53,839 bases of DNA from Octopus bimaculoides (lineage: Eukaryota). The translations under genes and the position numbers were made by a program. The notes below the pieces were generated by a model, which was not told the origin of the DNA, searched no databases, and was given only the letters and a program-made list of their open reading frames with translations. The DNA lies in assembly GCF_001194135.2 (NCBI RefSeq), contig NC_068981.1, positions 76,130,454 through 76,184,292 on the forward strand, given 5' to 3'. Shown piece by piece: positions 39,347 through 51,787 of this stretch. Within the stretch, counting starts at the first letter, position 1. Each line of letters begins with the position of its first letter.

Positions 39347-41526
39347 GTGATGCTGGTGTTACTTTGGTGGCTGATAAAAATACGCAAATTATCAAAAATT
39401 AGACATTCAGTCGATTCAAATATCGCTGCAGCCTGAGACATCAAAATGGTTTTGTTGATAATTTAGAGAAATGATTCAATTGGTAACAATAACTCAGGTA
39501 GTCTGGAAGATAATTAGTAGTCTCTGAAAATAATTCGTAGTTTATTTTAGTTTTCCTTTCTGTTTTTATTTATTCAATGTTTTTGGACTGCATGAAGTAA
39601 TAATAACGTTAAAACGAAAAGAAGCCTTAACATTTTAAAGCATCTAAAGATTCCCTTAAAATTAAATTATACACATACGCACGCGCTCTCTCTCTCTCGT
39701 TTGCTCTTTGTGTATATCTCTTCCCAGCCACATGCATACACACTCTCTGTTATATATATATATATACATACGCACACACGCACACACACACATACACACA
39801 TATATATATATATGTTTACATATACAAATATTTTACTAAATGGCATTTTACAAAGAAGTGATAACAATTTACTTAAGCAAGGAAAACAGAAACAATTTCA
39901 AAGTTGTGAAAATTTAGAATAAATTTCATTTTCATAAACTAGTTTATTTCTGAAACAAAAAAGAAAAAACATAGATTTTAAAAGCTTTTAATACAGTATT
40001 TGTTACTCAGTTTTAAATAGTTTTCATAACTTTTTAGTGATAGTGTTACATGCTCTCGATGCCTGCTCTGTACAGTAGTGCTGCAATTCTGAAATAGTTA
40101 GAAATGAATAGCTATTTGAAATATACAGGAAATTTATCAATTATGTAGACAATTTATTTCAAACCATCTCCCTAAGGTGTAAGAACAAAATTTAGAGACA
40201 TATTCTTTATTTAGATATCTGTGTAGCTGAAACATTATCATAACGGAAAACTAATTTCCTCCGCTGTCAACCACTCATATTCCTTTGACGGTAAGCATAG
40301 CTTGCATGCTGTTTAAGTAAAAACTTATTTCTATTTTACTGTAACTAAATATTATAATAGCATAAACAGTACTACGGCCACAGTTTTTGATTCACAAAAG
40401 AATGAACGTTTCGCAGTGTCTAGGTGAGTGTTAATACTGCATTACCTTCTAAGTACTAATCCTGCCCACCTTGGTTTCATGCTTCAGCTTCCATAAAATA
40501 AGAGCTAGTAATGTAATGGTATCAAATAACCAATTTCTACTAACCTAAATATGTCATCATGTGCAACATTTAAAAGTAATATATTACTTTATTGCGCCAA
40601 GTAACTCTGTAGATGGAACTTCCATTTACAACTACCTGGTTTCTTGTTTGATTCCAGTGTTTTATTTTTTACGATAACTTTCGAATAATGAATTATTTGA
40701 GTAAAATTTGCTAGATAGAACCTGCGAAAAAGTCTGCTGGAAACATCGTTTCTCTTTGTGGGAGAGAGACCAATTGATTGTCGGGGACTTCACTGCAGTT
40801 TGGTGTGTGATAAGATTTCGACCCAGGTATTGGTCTCTGAGATAATTTCCGGTATTCTTGCTACCATTCTCGGAGGCCACAGCAAATGCCATAGTTACTG
40901 TCCTTTTGTACTGACTTAAGGCTTAAAAAATACTCATAAAGTCCTCCAATACAAGCATTGTTATTTCGATTTTAGGCTACAGTCTGTTTTTATAAATAAA
41001 TGCATTAGCTTCATCCTAAGTTATATAGCGTAGCTCTTAAATAATAAAATGTATTTTCCACTAATCCTTCTAAAACAGATCTCAAGATACTTTTACATAA
41101 TTTGATGCTCGGAAATACATAGTTGCTCTACACTCTATCTTGAAATTACTAGCTGCTATTCTGTGCTTTTCTCGTAGTATAAGTGTGTGATATTCATACG
41201 GGATATCCATGATAATGATATTCATACGAGAGATATTTAGAATCATTACGTTGACTGTTTTGGCACTTTACAAAAGAAGTTTATGGACCGACCATTATGT
41301 CTTAAGTAATGTCAAGTGGTTTCAGGTGAGAAACAAAATACTTTTATGAATACATTAACATTCACGTTTGGAAAGAGCAAATGAAAGCAAGTAAACAGAA
41401 TAGGCAAAAGCACAAAATGAAGCCGTACTATACTGCTTTCATATGAATGAAATAGTAATCTGAAGTAATATTTTATTGCATCTTATTTTATTAAAATCAC
41501 TTTGTTATTTTCATGGTGCATTCCAG

Positions 41527-41672
41527 AAGAATACCTCGAATACTTCTATCCAACACCTTATTCTGTTGTGTTCGGAAATAACGAGAAAACCTACGACAGA
41601 GTTACTCCTAACAGATGTGCTCGGAACTGTCTCGAGGAAACATCAATTATTTGCCGTTCTTTCGACTATCAG
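41527..41672 (+). CDS. Internal coding exon encoding the N-terminal part of a second PAN/Apple domain, same gene
   Basis: Acceptor gtgcattccag at 41526, donor TATCAG|gtatgg at 41673. 146 nt, phase 1-0: (E)EYLEYFYPTPYSVVFGNNEKTYDRVTPNRCARNCLEETSIICRSFDYQ, with the CxxxCxEExxxxCRSFDY PAN signature. Phase-compatible with the 34451 donor (...YELK|EEYLEYF). Confidence 0.88.
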
Positions 41673-42715
41673 GTATGGAATATATGTTTCTGTTTCATTT
41701 ACAAACTTGTCAGTAGTTGCACAGTCGGTGCTTATCATGGTTATGATGGCTGGGTGTTGTAAGCCTCAAACGTACAGATAACGTAAGTATACGAACCAAA
41801 GGAGGAGAAATTAATCGGCAACTCAGTCTGACTTGCAAAGAAGGCAAGTATGTTTCAGATTGATCTTAACGCATTGAAAAGTTATTTTAATATTCCATTC
41901 AATTAATGTTTCACATTATGAGTACAAGGATTAAAAGAAAGGCTTGTCTTAATTACATTCATGAGAGTGGAGTCCGCTAAACGCATCCTAGATTCATTTG
42001 TAATGTTAAACCAGATACTGTGTCAAGATTACAACTTAAGAAGAGGCACTTATCTTCAACCAGGGTTACACGATATGACATTAAAATTCAGTCATAAGAC
42101 TGTGAAGGATATAATACATTCTGTAAATCTAAATACGCAATTCCCAAAAGAAGGATGCTGTGGTATTTTATGGCTTGCTTTTGATATACGTATACTTACT
42201 TTGTACTAGCACCACGAACCGCAGGAACGGTGAAGATATGAGTGTTTTTTCGTAATCAGACATAATAATGAATATGACTACACTATTTTTTCTCACCGAA
42301 TCTTTGCTTTCGCCACTTCATTATATTGCGATCATTTCTGATAAATTATCAAGATGCAGACAAGATTTTTATCTTTCAAACCTCGCACCTCAAATCAACT
42401 GTGTTGATGTTGAACTGGAAGTATATTATTCTAGTATCAATAATATTCGAAAAAAGAAAAAAAAGATAATAATGACAGAGTTTGATTTAGCAGCAATAGC
42501 GGAAAGAGCGAACTTAGAGATTGGCGATTTCTATGTAGCTCAAATTCATTTCCATTCATCATTTATTTTCATCCATATCGCAAACAATTGGTCTAAATTA
42601 TGTAGCTAACAATCACATAAAACTTTTGCCTCTTTCGTTTGTGCTTTATGGATTAATCGATTATCACTTGTGTTAGGTATGTATATTTGTTCATATATAC
42701 ATGGCATCAGCCAAC

Positions 42716-42751
<36 letters not shown>

Positions 42752-42752
42752 T

Positions 42753-42786
<34 letters not shown>

Positions 42787-43304
42787 TCACGTATTCATTT
42801 ATTCAAGGAATTCTCAAAGTAATATTGAAGTATCACTTTATGTTTTGTGAGCATGCATTTGAATGGGATATACCATTCAATAAATTTAATCGATTATTGG
42901 ATATATCTAGCACTCATATATATGTATGTGTGTATATGTCCATGTGCGTGTGAGTATGTGCTTGTGTGTGTGTGTGTGTGTGCTTGTGTGTACATGTGGA
43001 ATTGTGTAGCGCTGTGTCTGAGTATGTGTGTATGCTTGTCTGTAGGTATGTGATTATATGCATACAGAGATGATTACTATGTCTTGCTTTGAACTAAAAG
43101 AATAATAATTATAGGACTCAGGTTTTATATAATCGATTGTTATAGATGTATATATTTATGATATTTTCATTCTGCTTATTACAGTTTTATGAGGCGACTC
43201 GAATCACATAGCCTGATTTGCAGCCTCATTAATATTTGTAGTAGGGTTTTTTTTATGAACCTGTTTTGTCTTTTCATTAATGTTCATGCAACTTTTAAAA
43301 ACTT

Positions 43305-43339
<35 letters not shown>

Positions 43340-43385
43340 AACACACATATATATATATACACATTTATATATATGTATATATACA

Positions 43386-43417
<32 letters not shown>

Positions 43418-43442
43418 NNNNNNNNNNNNNNNNNNNNNNNNN

Positions 43443-43489
<47 letters not shown>

Positions 43490-44876
43490 TGTGTGCCTGT
43501 ATATGCATTTGTAAGATCTTGCAACTCATGCCTGTGCTCGGTGGTATTACTCAACAATATGTTGTCGTCTCATCATCCATTGTATATTGTTGCAGTGGTT
43601 TTCCATTTCCTACTCGTTGAAATGTTGTGGCCATACCTTTCTTATCTGAGGAAGTGAAACAACAAAATGAAAATGTGTCTTTTATTTCAGTTTTATGTTT
43701 TCATGTATATTCTCACATGACATGTAACGATATGCTACATGTGCGCCGGTCGACAGGCATTGCTTGTGGCATGAGAATCGCTTGTTATTTTATGTTAGAG
43801 ACTGTAAACTGCCACTACAATCTCACCAAATACTCAAGTTTAAAATGAGGTACTGAAATCCTGAAACAAGTATCACCGAAAGTTTAATCAGGAATAAGCA
43901 ATTTGTAAAGAAGGCATACAGTAAATGAAATTGGTTGCTCACTGGCATGTTTCTCCAGTACAGGAAGACTCTCTTGATTACTATATTTTCCATATAATAT
44001 ATAAAAACATTTCATTGCCTGTTGCTCTCAGTAAATGCATCATGGCCATAGGTAATTGCATTCAAGTGCGCAGTCGATTATATTGAATACAATCCTTGTA
44101 GACTTGCTATTATGCGATACGCATTTCTATAATCTAAAGGAACTCGAGCAAAATTATCTATTATATATAAAATACAAATAAACATACATACGGGTGTACG
44201 TTTGGCGATATCCCATTACGCAGGAAATAAGATAGGAATTTCTTGAAATAAAACACGTTAAATTTCTATGCAATTGCATGAATCTGAAATTAATATCCTC
44301 CTTGTCACTGTGATATTTCTCCTCTTTCAAGTTTACCGTTTCGAAGATGTTCTTTTGGCAATTATTCCCTATAGTTTTTTTACTTCCGTTTTAGAATCCC
44401 TGTCTATAATTATTTATGGAGTTCTACTACATGTGTAGTTACAGTTGGTTATATAAAGCAATGATAACTCCCAGTTCATTTTTCTTGCTATTGTTGGCAA
44501 GTCAGATTTTGTATTATTTAATCTCTTTATACATTTTATCTCTACTTAATCTACTAAACCTTCCGTCATGATTATATGCTTTCAGCATTTCCTATAAATG
44601 AATGCCATTTTTATCGTTTGATAACATAATTGGTCTACAAGAAACCGTAGCTTTTGTAAAACAGCAACACGAGTTCTTTTACAGATCGAAATATATATTT
44701 AGTATAGTGTTATTGTCATGTAACATATAAATGTTCTGGACTCATAACAGTATGACTCAGGTTTCATCTCAACTGTTTTTTTGTTCCTACAACAATTTTC
44801 ATACAAATTTTAGCCATCCGTAGGGCTCGTGATATATTATATATATATAGATGCGTGTGTGCATGTGTGTGAGTGA

Positions 44877-44951
<75 letters not shown>

Positions 44952-45088
44952 ACATATATCTTCACCCCTTTTGACTTTAAATATGTTTAAATATGTATTC
45001 GAGTAGGGAGGCGGAAAGCTAGAGATTGTTGCTAAATGAACGATGGAGCATGGAAATCTACATTTTTTAAAGATTATAGGAATAATTT

Positions 45089-46270
45089 TATTAGGTCGTC
45101 ATTTGTAGAAAAAAGTTTGTTAATGTTTTATAAATACAAGGAATTGTTTTATTCATCAAAATATGCCCCTATATTGTCAAGACATTTTTGCCATTTCAGC
45201 TGTAGCTTATCTAGCCCGGAACTGTAAAAGCCTGACAATCTAAAGTCAATAATATCTTGGAAGAACTGTTTTACAGCATCTTCGGAATTAAATATTTTTC
45301 CTATCAAAAAGTTATCCAAATTCTGGAAGAAGTGGTAGTTAGTGGGGGCAAGATCAGGTAGTCTTGTAGTTTCACCAATGTCATTTTTGCGATGTGTGGT
45401 CTGGCGTTGTCTTGCAATAAAATAGAAGTTTATAATCTAGGCTGTTTTTTTCTAAGTTTCTGCATCATCTGGTCCAGTTGTCAGCAGTATACTTCGGTCG
45501 TGATTAATGAGCCAGGTTTAATGAAGTCATAATGAATCACACCTGCGCCAGACCACCAAACACACACCATCAGCTTCTTTTGATGAACTTTGCTTTTTAG
45601 ACCGTGTGTTGGTAGCTCGTCTTTGTCCAACTATTGTGCTGAACGTTTACGGCTGTTGTATTGGATCCATTTCTCATCACATGCTACAATTCGATTAAAG
45701 AATGATTAATTCTTGTGACGAGAAAGTAGCAAAATGCAGGCTTCCAAAAGTTGCTGTTTCTGATTTTCATTGCGTTCATGTGGAGCCCACTTATCCAACG
45801 TTTTCACTTTACCGATTAGAACTAGTGAGTCAATATTGTTTGCTTGCTAACACCAAACAACAACAATAATTCACAGGCACTTTGATATGGATCTAACTCG
45901 ACGGTAGTTTCAGTTTGTCATTATTCATCTTTGTTTCTAGTCGACCGCGTTGCTCATTTGTGAGGTCAAAGTTACGAGAACGAAATTTTGCAAATTCATT
46001 TGATACTGTCTGCTGTGTAATGAAATCCTCCATTAATATTCCAAGCTGTATGTGATGCTGTATTTCGAAGGAAGAACTCATATTTCAAAACTGTAGCAAA
46101 AAACGATTTCTAAATACTTTATAAAGAACAAAATGAGTTAGAATAAAGAAATAGATGTGTCAGCTTTGTAACAAAAAATGAAGATAACCAAATTGTAATA
46201 ATGGCGCAAAATGAGCAACTGTCAAACTTTACCATATACCTTACTACAAATTTCATACTTGACCTTATAA
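45089..46270 (-). mobile_element. Decayed near-full-length mariner transposon (DD34D type)
   Basis: Minus-strand motifs FAKFRSRNFDLTNEQRGR, DKWAPHE (~45775-45795), ACDEKW (45668-45685), LMVCVWWSGAGVIHY, QDNARPH (45395-45415), PDLAPTNYHFF (45326-45358) and WQKCLDNIGAYF. The TIRs are only weakly recognisable, so the ends are approximate. Confidence 0.9.
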
Positions 46271-47399
46271 TAATGACATTGCTTAGTTTGAAATTGGATA
46301 GAAAACGCATTGCACACAAATTTCATTTCTCATCAACGTTGGATGGCTTGCTGGCTCACTCTGACTGACTTCAGAATAGTGTTATGTATTTGAATATTCA
46401 GATTGTTTTCTCTCTTTCGCTTAGCCTTTTGATCATAATTTGAACTAATGGTATCGTAAGAATAGATGAAATCATTTCTTTACTTCTTTCTCATTTACGT
46501 TCGACAATTATTTCCATGTAGAATAACAGCATAAATACATTTTAAAATTGTTTTTGTTTTGTTTATTTCACAAAATTTTAGATGATAAGTTATATTTCTA
46601 ATTTGTTTCATTTATATCTTCAACATTGAAAACTTGCTTGCATTTCCGCGATGCGCCCAATCACACATGTCACTTTTACTAGAAATCGTGATAAAGATTG
46701 TAGTAAAGATGATAAAAAAAATGTGATAATCATAGTAATGGTGAAATTAATGTGGTAGTGTTCCAAAAGAGTAATACTAACGATGACAGTGGTTGTAGTA
46801 ATGATGAGGATGGTAGTAATAATCATTATAACTGGAATCATAATGATGATAATATCAATAATGAAAATGAAGTCACATGTTTTAGACCTAACAGTGATGG
46901 GAGGAATTGGCGAAGAGAGAGAGACTTCAGTTGTATATCTTGTACTTGCGTTATTGTGCTGGTCTGGAGAAAATGTCTAATGAGCTTCCGGTGGTGGTGA
47001 GTGTATGCTGTAATTAGGTTTGAAATAAACACACCAATGGTCGCATCGTCAGCGAGAAAACTGGTAAACACACCAAGCATGCTTAGTAAGTAGGGTAGTA
47101 GTTGGAGATCCCGGAGGAAGAAAAATAATACTCGTGGACGAACTCGTGATAGTCAACGGCCATCCAACAGTGGATACGAAGGAAGATGTGGGTTCTCTAA
47201 GACTGGGTTGGCAAACCACTTAGAGATAGTTTCATGATAAAAAATACTGGTGATTTAAAGTGCAATCCCAAAATGGGTCGTGGTATATTCAAGTAATAAT
47301 AATATCTATGTAACCGAGAACGGAACAGTTAATATAAAGGTATGGCACACGACAGGCAAGGAGTAAAGCTCTGGCAGGTCTTCATTAAGCCATTGATGA

Positions 47400-48645
47400 G
47401 AATCGAAGTAAAAAGTGCAGTGGCGGAAAAATGAAATGGAGAAAAAGAAGTAAAGAAGATTGTGACTGGATGTTGGTTGAGAAGTGAAACGAATGAAGAG
47501 AGTGTGAGATGAAGCGAGAGTCTTTGAAGCTTCTGTTCAGCGATTGATAAACCAAGCTAGGGCAATTTGTATAAACGATTGTACTACAGGATGAGAGATT
47601 GAAGAGATTCAGAGAAGAATAAACAAAATGAACAGGAAGAGTATGAAACAACAGTGGTAGAAAGTGGTAACGAAGGCGTTAGAGATAAAGAAAATGAAAA
47701 AGAAGGAAATCAGAATATGTCTAAGAATTCTGATGAAGTAAATAGCACCGACAATGAAGAGAAGGGGATTCTAGAAATGCTGCGTGCTAAAATGTTTGGT
47801 GTGAATAGTGAAAAGGTACCAAATGTAAAAGTAACGGGAGCAATAGACAAAGCAACTGGCGTTTTGAGCTTGGTTAAAAGAGAAATCATTAATGACACAA
47901 ACCAGCTAACCAGCTAATGTTGTCGCTGACATTTTAGGATACTAGCTGAAAATTCTTAAATCAATGAAAGGAGAGGAAAAGACAAAAACACGTTTGAAGG
48001 AAAGAATACTAACAGAGTTGGAAAAGACACGGAAACAACTGGTGGAGTTAAATAGGATAATAGCAAGAGAACTCAACTTTAAGTTAGTAATAAAAAAAAT
48101 GAAAGGACGTTACAAGCTAGAAGAAATGGGAAATCAAAATGCACATAAAGAATTGCCAGAAAGGTGATGGCGTTAAAAGCCAAAATGAAAATATACGAAG
48201 CTAGGTGCAAGGGTTGTGAACAGAATAGACTGTTTCAATCAAATAGGTGTCTTTTTGAGAAATATAGACGAACAACATCGACAAGCGTTTCCTAGTGCGG
48301 AAGAAAGTAAGCTATTTTGGGGAGAATAGGCCAGTGAAGCATAAAGAATGTGTAAGGTGGCTAACACAGGTTAGTGGAGACATTTTGTATCTGAATAAAG
48401 ACTAAAGGACGTCAGAATAGATTTCTATTCAGTGAGAGTGAAGTAAAAGAAGAAGACTAAACTGGAAAGGGCCTGGTTCGGATGGAGTACTAGGTTACTG
48501 GCTGAAGAATTTTACACGGTTGCTTGAAAAGATCGCTGCACACCTGGATGAACGCCTGCCGCAGGGTCACGTTCGAAACAGTCCTAGAAATGAGACAAAT
48601 GCCTAAAATAATCCGGTAGCATGTTGCAGGGAAATACCGTCAGCT
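47400..48645 (+). mobile_element. R4/Dong-type LINE 5' ORF region (N-terminus to start of RT), degenerate
   Basis: W..EEVKKIVTGCWLRSE..RVFEASVQRLINQARAI..EIEEIQRRI, then QNRLFQSN, FPSAEESK..WG, NWKGPGSDGVLGYWLKNFT, and VAGKYR. Confidence 0.85.
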
Positions 48646-49233
48646 CTGAGATATATAACGAATTATAAGTTCAGTGAAGCTGCCTAGACATCTAGACATC
48701 TGTACGAAATAAATCAGAAGATACATCGTAGATTACCATACCATAATCTGAAATCAACCTGAATGGGCTACTACGGCTACTACACGCAGACACGGGGGAA
48801 TTACAAATCTATTTGAACTATATATCTAAGCAAAACACCTAGCGCTACAACGACACCTCGCAGTCTACCATAATTTTCTACCACCTTACTTTTGCAAGAA
48901 AACATACATATGTATTATATATTATTTCTTTTCCTCATTCTTGAATTTTTCTCTTACATAATTTTTCTTCTTTCAAATATATTTTCTTTACTCCAAAATT
49001 TCATCTTGTATTTAATGTTTTGCTCAGCCAAAATATTAAATATATTTAAATGGAAAAAAATTTGACATACAAAATCATGAAAACTAGACAAACGGAAAAG
49101 AGAATCTGCAGACTGTGTAAATTATGATTGTTTTCAATGTCTGTCTATACACATGCAAATTTTTTATTACCTCTTTTTCTTTGTTTCTCGAAGTATATTT
49201 TTCCTCATATTTTTTTCTTCTTGATTTTGAGCA

Positions 49234-51787
49234 TGTTCACAAATAAACTTTTGAAAAGCGACACCTTCCGACTTCACTGCGAACTAAAACGAAGTTTATT
49301 CGACTCCGAACTCACTCGGATCGTTACAATTAATACTTTATTCGGACCAGTCTATCACTGGCAAGGATGCGTCGTATCTCTCATCACGTCTCCCCTTTTG
49401 AGATTTCGACTATTATGAGAAAGTGAAATTTCTTTTATTTTTATTCTGTTTTCTTTCCTTTCCAGCACCTCTCCCTCTCTTCCTTTTGCCTAAATTATTC
49501 GTTGCTCACAGTACTTTTTCATTCGTTAAACTCAGCACATTTGTCTTTTTTTATATTTTCGAAAATTAAATATTGTCTTTTTTTGTATTTTTGAAAATTT
49601 GATATATCTTTCGCGTAGGCATTACTTCCAGATTTTTAGTCTGTTTTCATTTTCTGAAGCTGGTTCTACAAGGTTCAATATCTCTCGGTGCTGGTACTTC
49701 AAACATATCATACAAGACTTCCATTGGTATTATCCTTCGTTCTTCTATATGTCTTCACTTTTAACTGATTAAGGTATCTCTTATATTCCGACCGTTGTCC
49801 TCTAATTAAATACATCACGTTGCCTAATATTTTGATTACACAGCCATCTTCCCAACCTTCTTTACTATTATGTAATGTTTGAATTGAGCTTCATCTCCTA
49901 CTTCGAAATGTTTTGTAATATTTCTTGTATTTCCTTCAAATATATTTTTTGTCTTTCTTTTATATCTATTTTTCTCTGGCAATAATTTATCGCAGATTGA
50001 TTTTATTCTACGCTCGAACATTAACTCTGGTGGTGAATTTCCTGAATTAGTATTTAGATTTGGCGTTATTCTATATATTCTCGGTCTCCGGCCACGATTG
50101 GTATTCTACTAGTGGTACTTTGGCTGCCAACGCGCAACCTATACATGCTTGCACTAAATTCTCGATGCCCATGTCCATTGTCGGCCAATGTACAAAGCTT
50201 TTCATTAAGCTTTTATTCTGGACTCTCCCGGGTGCCCACAGTGGAATTGTTGCAATATTCGTTCCTATAGTGCACTTGGTAGTATTGCTCTCCACGCGTA
50301 CATTAAGACATCGTCACAGAGTGAGAAATTATTTGAATTTGTATTTTTATTATGCTTATTTTTTCAAGGTTTCTTTCATTCTGGTGATGTAACTATCCTC
50401 TACGGATTTCATCTGTATACCATGTACTGTCACCGGCAGTTCCTGGACCATATTACACACAATAGACGAAATGTGGACTAATGTCACGTTCTTTGTAACA
50501 AACCGACCATTGATAATTACGATCGATTTTTGGATCAAAGAAAGGATTGCTTACACATACAGCGAACCTACTACAACGCTGGGGTAAAATATTGCTCAAC
50601 TACAATTTTAAGATGCTGAATATTCCATTGAAGAAAATTGGTAATGCAGACTGCTTATCGAGGCTAATTCCTCAGAGCATGGAACCACTAGAAGAGGCCG
50701 TGATAGCGTCATTGCAATCAGTATATCTATGTTTTTGAGGCATCCTTTTCTTGAATTATTTTCTACATCGTGTTTCAGATCTACCATCCTTTGGCATTCA
50801 CCTGTTACAGGCTGTAAGGTTAGATCTTGGTTTGCATGTTCCAATTTAGACAGAATTCTTGCTCAAATTTCTGTATCTTCACTTGCTGTAAGGCCTTGTA
50901 CGAAAATAAAACACTTGAACATCTCACGTGTAAGTTCTTTGGGTTTAAAACATTCACACATCCTGTTGCTACATCCTGCATATGTGATACAATCAACATT
51001 TTCTTTTTACGTTATACTCCAAAACTCTATATGAGTGTTAAATAGAGACGTTTTATCACCGAATATGTTAGACAGTAATTGTATTGTTTCTTTAAAACAG
51101 ATGTCATTGGTTTTGAAATTACAGTAACGGTCATGCTCTAACAGCGCTAATTTTCGCAATAACATTCTGACTTTTTGTTCGCCCGACCATGATTTGCAAT
51201 CTTGCTTAAAAATCTCCTTGTACTTTCTGTAGTACGATGCAAAAATTATAGCCTCCTCTGGGTTATCACTGAATTTATAAATCGAGTTTGAAATGCCGTC
51301 TGGCGAAAACAAAGTTACCTCATTTTTGGACTTCTTTGAATACAGTCTCAATAATTGTTGTTGTAGTTGTTGCTGTAATAGTTGCTTCTGTGACTCCTGT
51401 TGCCGCTCTTGATGTTGCTTTTGCAACTGTATAATAGAAGCTAATAGGTATTCCATTATTTAACAAGTTGTATTACGAACTAATTGTTAAATAACCTACG
51501 TGAGCTTCGAAACCCCCATCGCCAGATGTTGTAACGTAATCTGTTACGTACAATAAATAAAATAACAAGACATCATTAAAACAATGTAACGAACTAACAA
51601 ATCTCTTTACGAACCAACAACCAATATTCTCTTTCAACTAACCAGCCGATACCTACCGACTTCACTGTGAATCAATTAATACGAAATTCACTCGACTCTG
51701 AACTCCCAACTCAATCATATCGTTACTCTTTATACTTTACTCGGACCACTCTATCTCTCGCAAGGAGGCGCCCTAACTTTCATAACA
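49234..51787 (-). mobile_element. Internally deleted Ty3/gypsy LTR retrotransposon
   Basis: 5' LTR at 51527-51787 (TGTT...AACA) followed by PBS-like TGGCG (51520-51524). Gag at 51456-50730 (KVRMLLRKL..EHDRY..IFGDKTSLFN, DLTLQ..ECQR..LKHD). Integrase zinc-binding region HCGHPG..KSLMKSFVHWP..C..C (50071-50300) and PELMFERRIKS. PPT aaaaggggag sits before a diverged 3' LTR at ~49234-49386. Protease, RT and the integrase core are missing. Confidence 0.88.

Noticed and set aside
40229-40292. Exon-like segment LKHYHNGKLISSAVNHSYSFD ending at donor G|gtaagc within the PAN intron
   Set aside because: It is open only with a phase-0 start, which is incompatible with the phase-1 donor at 34451. The direct PAN-PAN join already reads well.
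40662-40892. Possible Tc1-like transposase scrap on the minus strand
   Set aside because: Only faint WPPR/SP-like words are present, with no catalytic motifs or TIRs.
41229-41327. Strong donor CAG|gtgaga 200 bp upstream of the second PAN exon
   Set aside because: The only open frame ends in phase 0, but the next exon needs phase 1.
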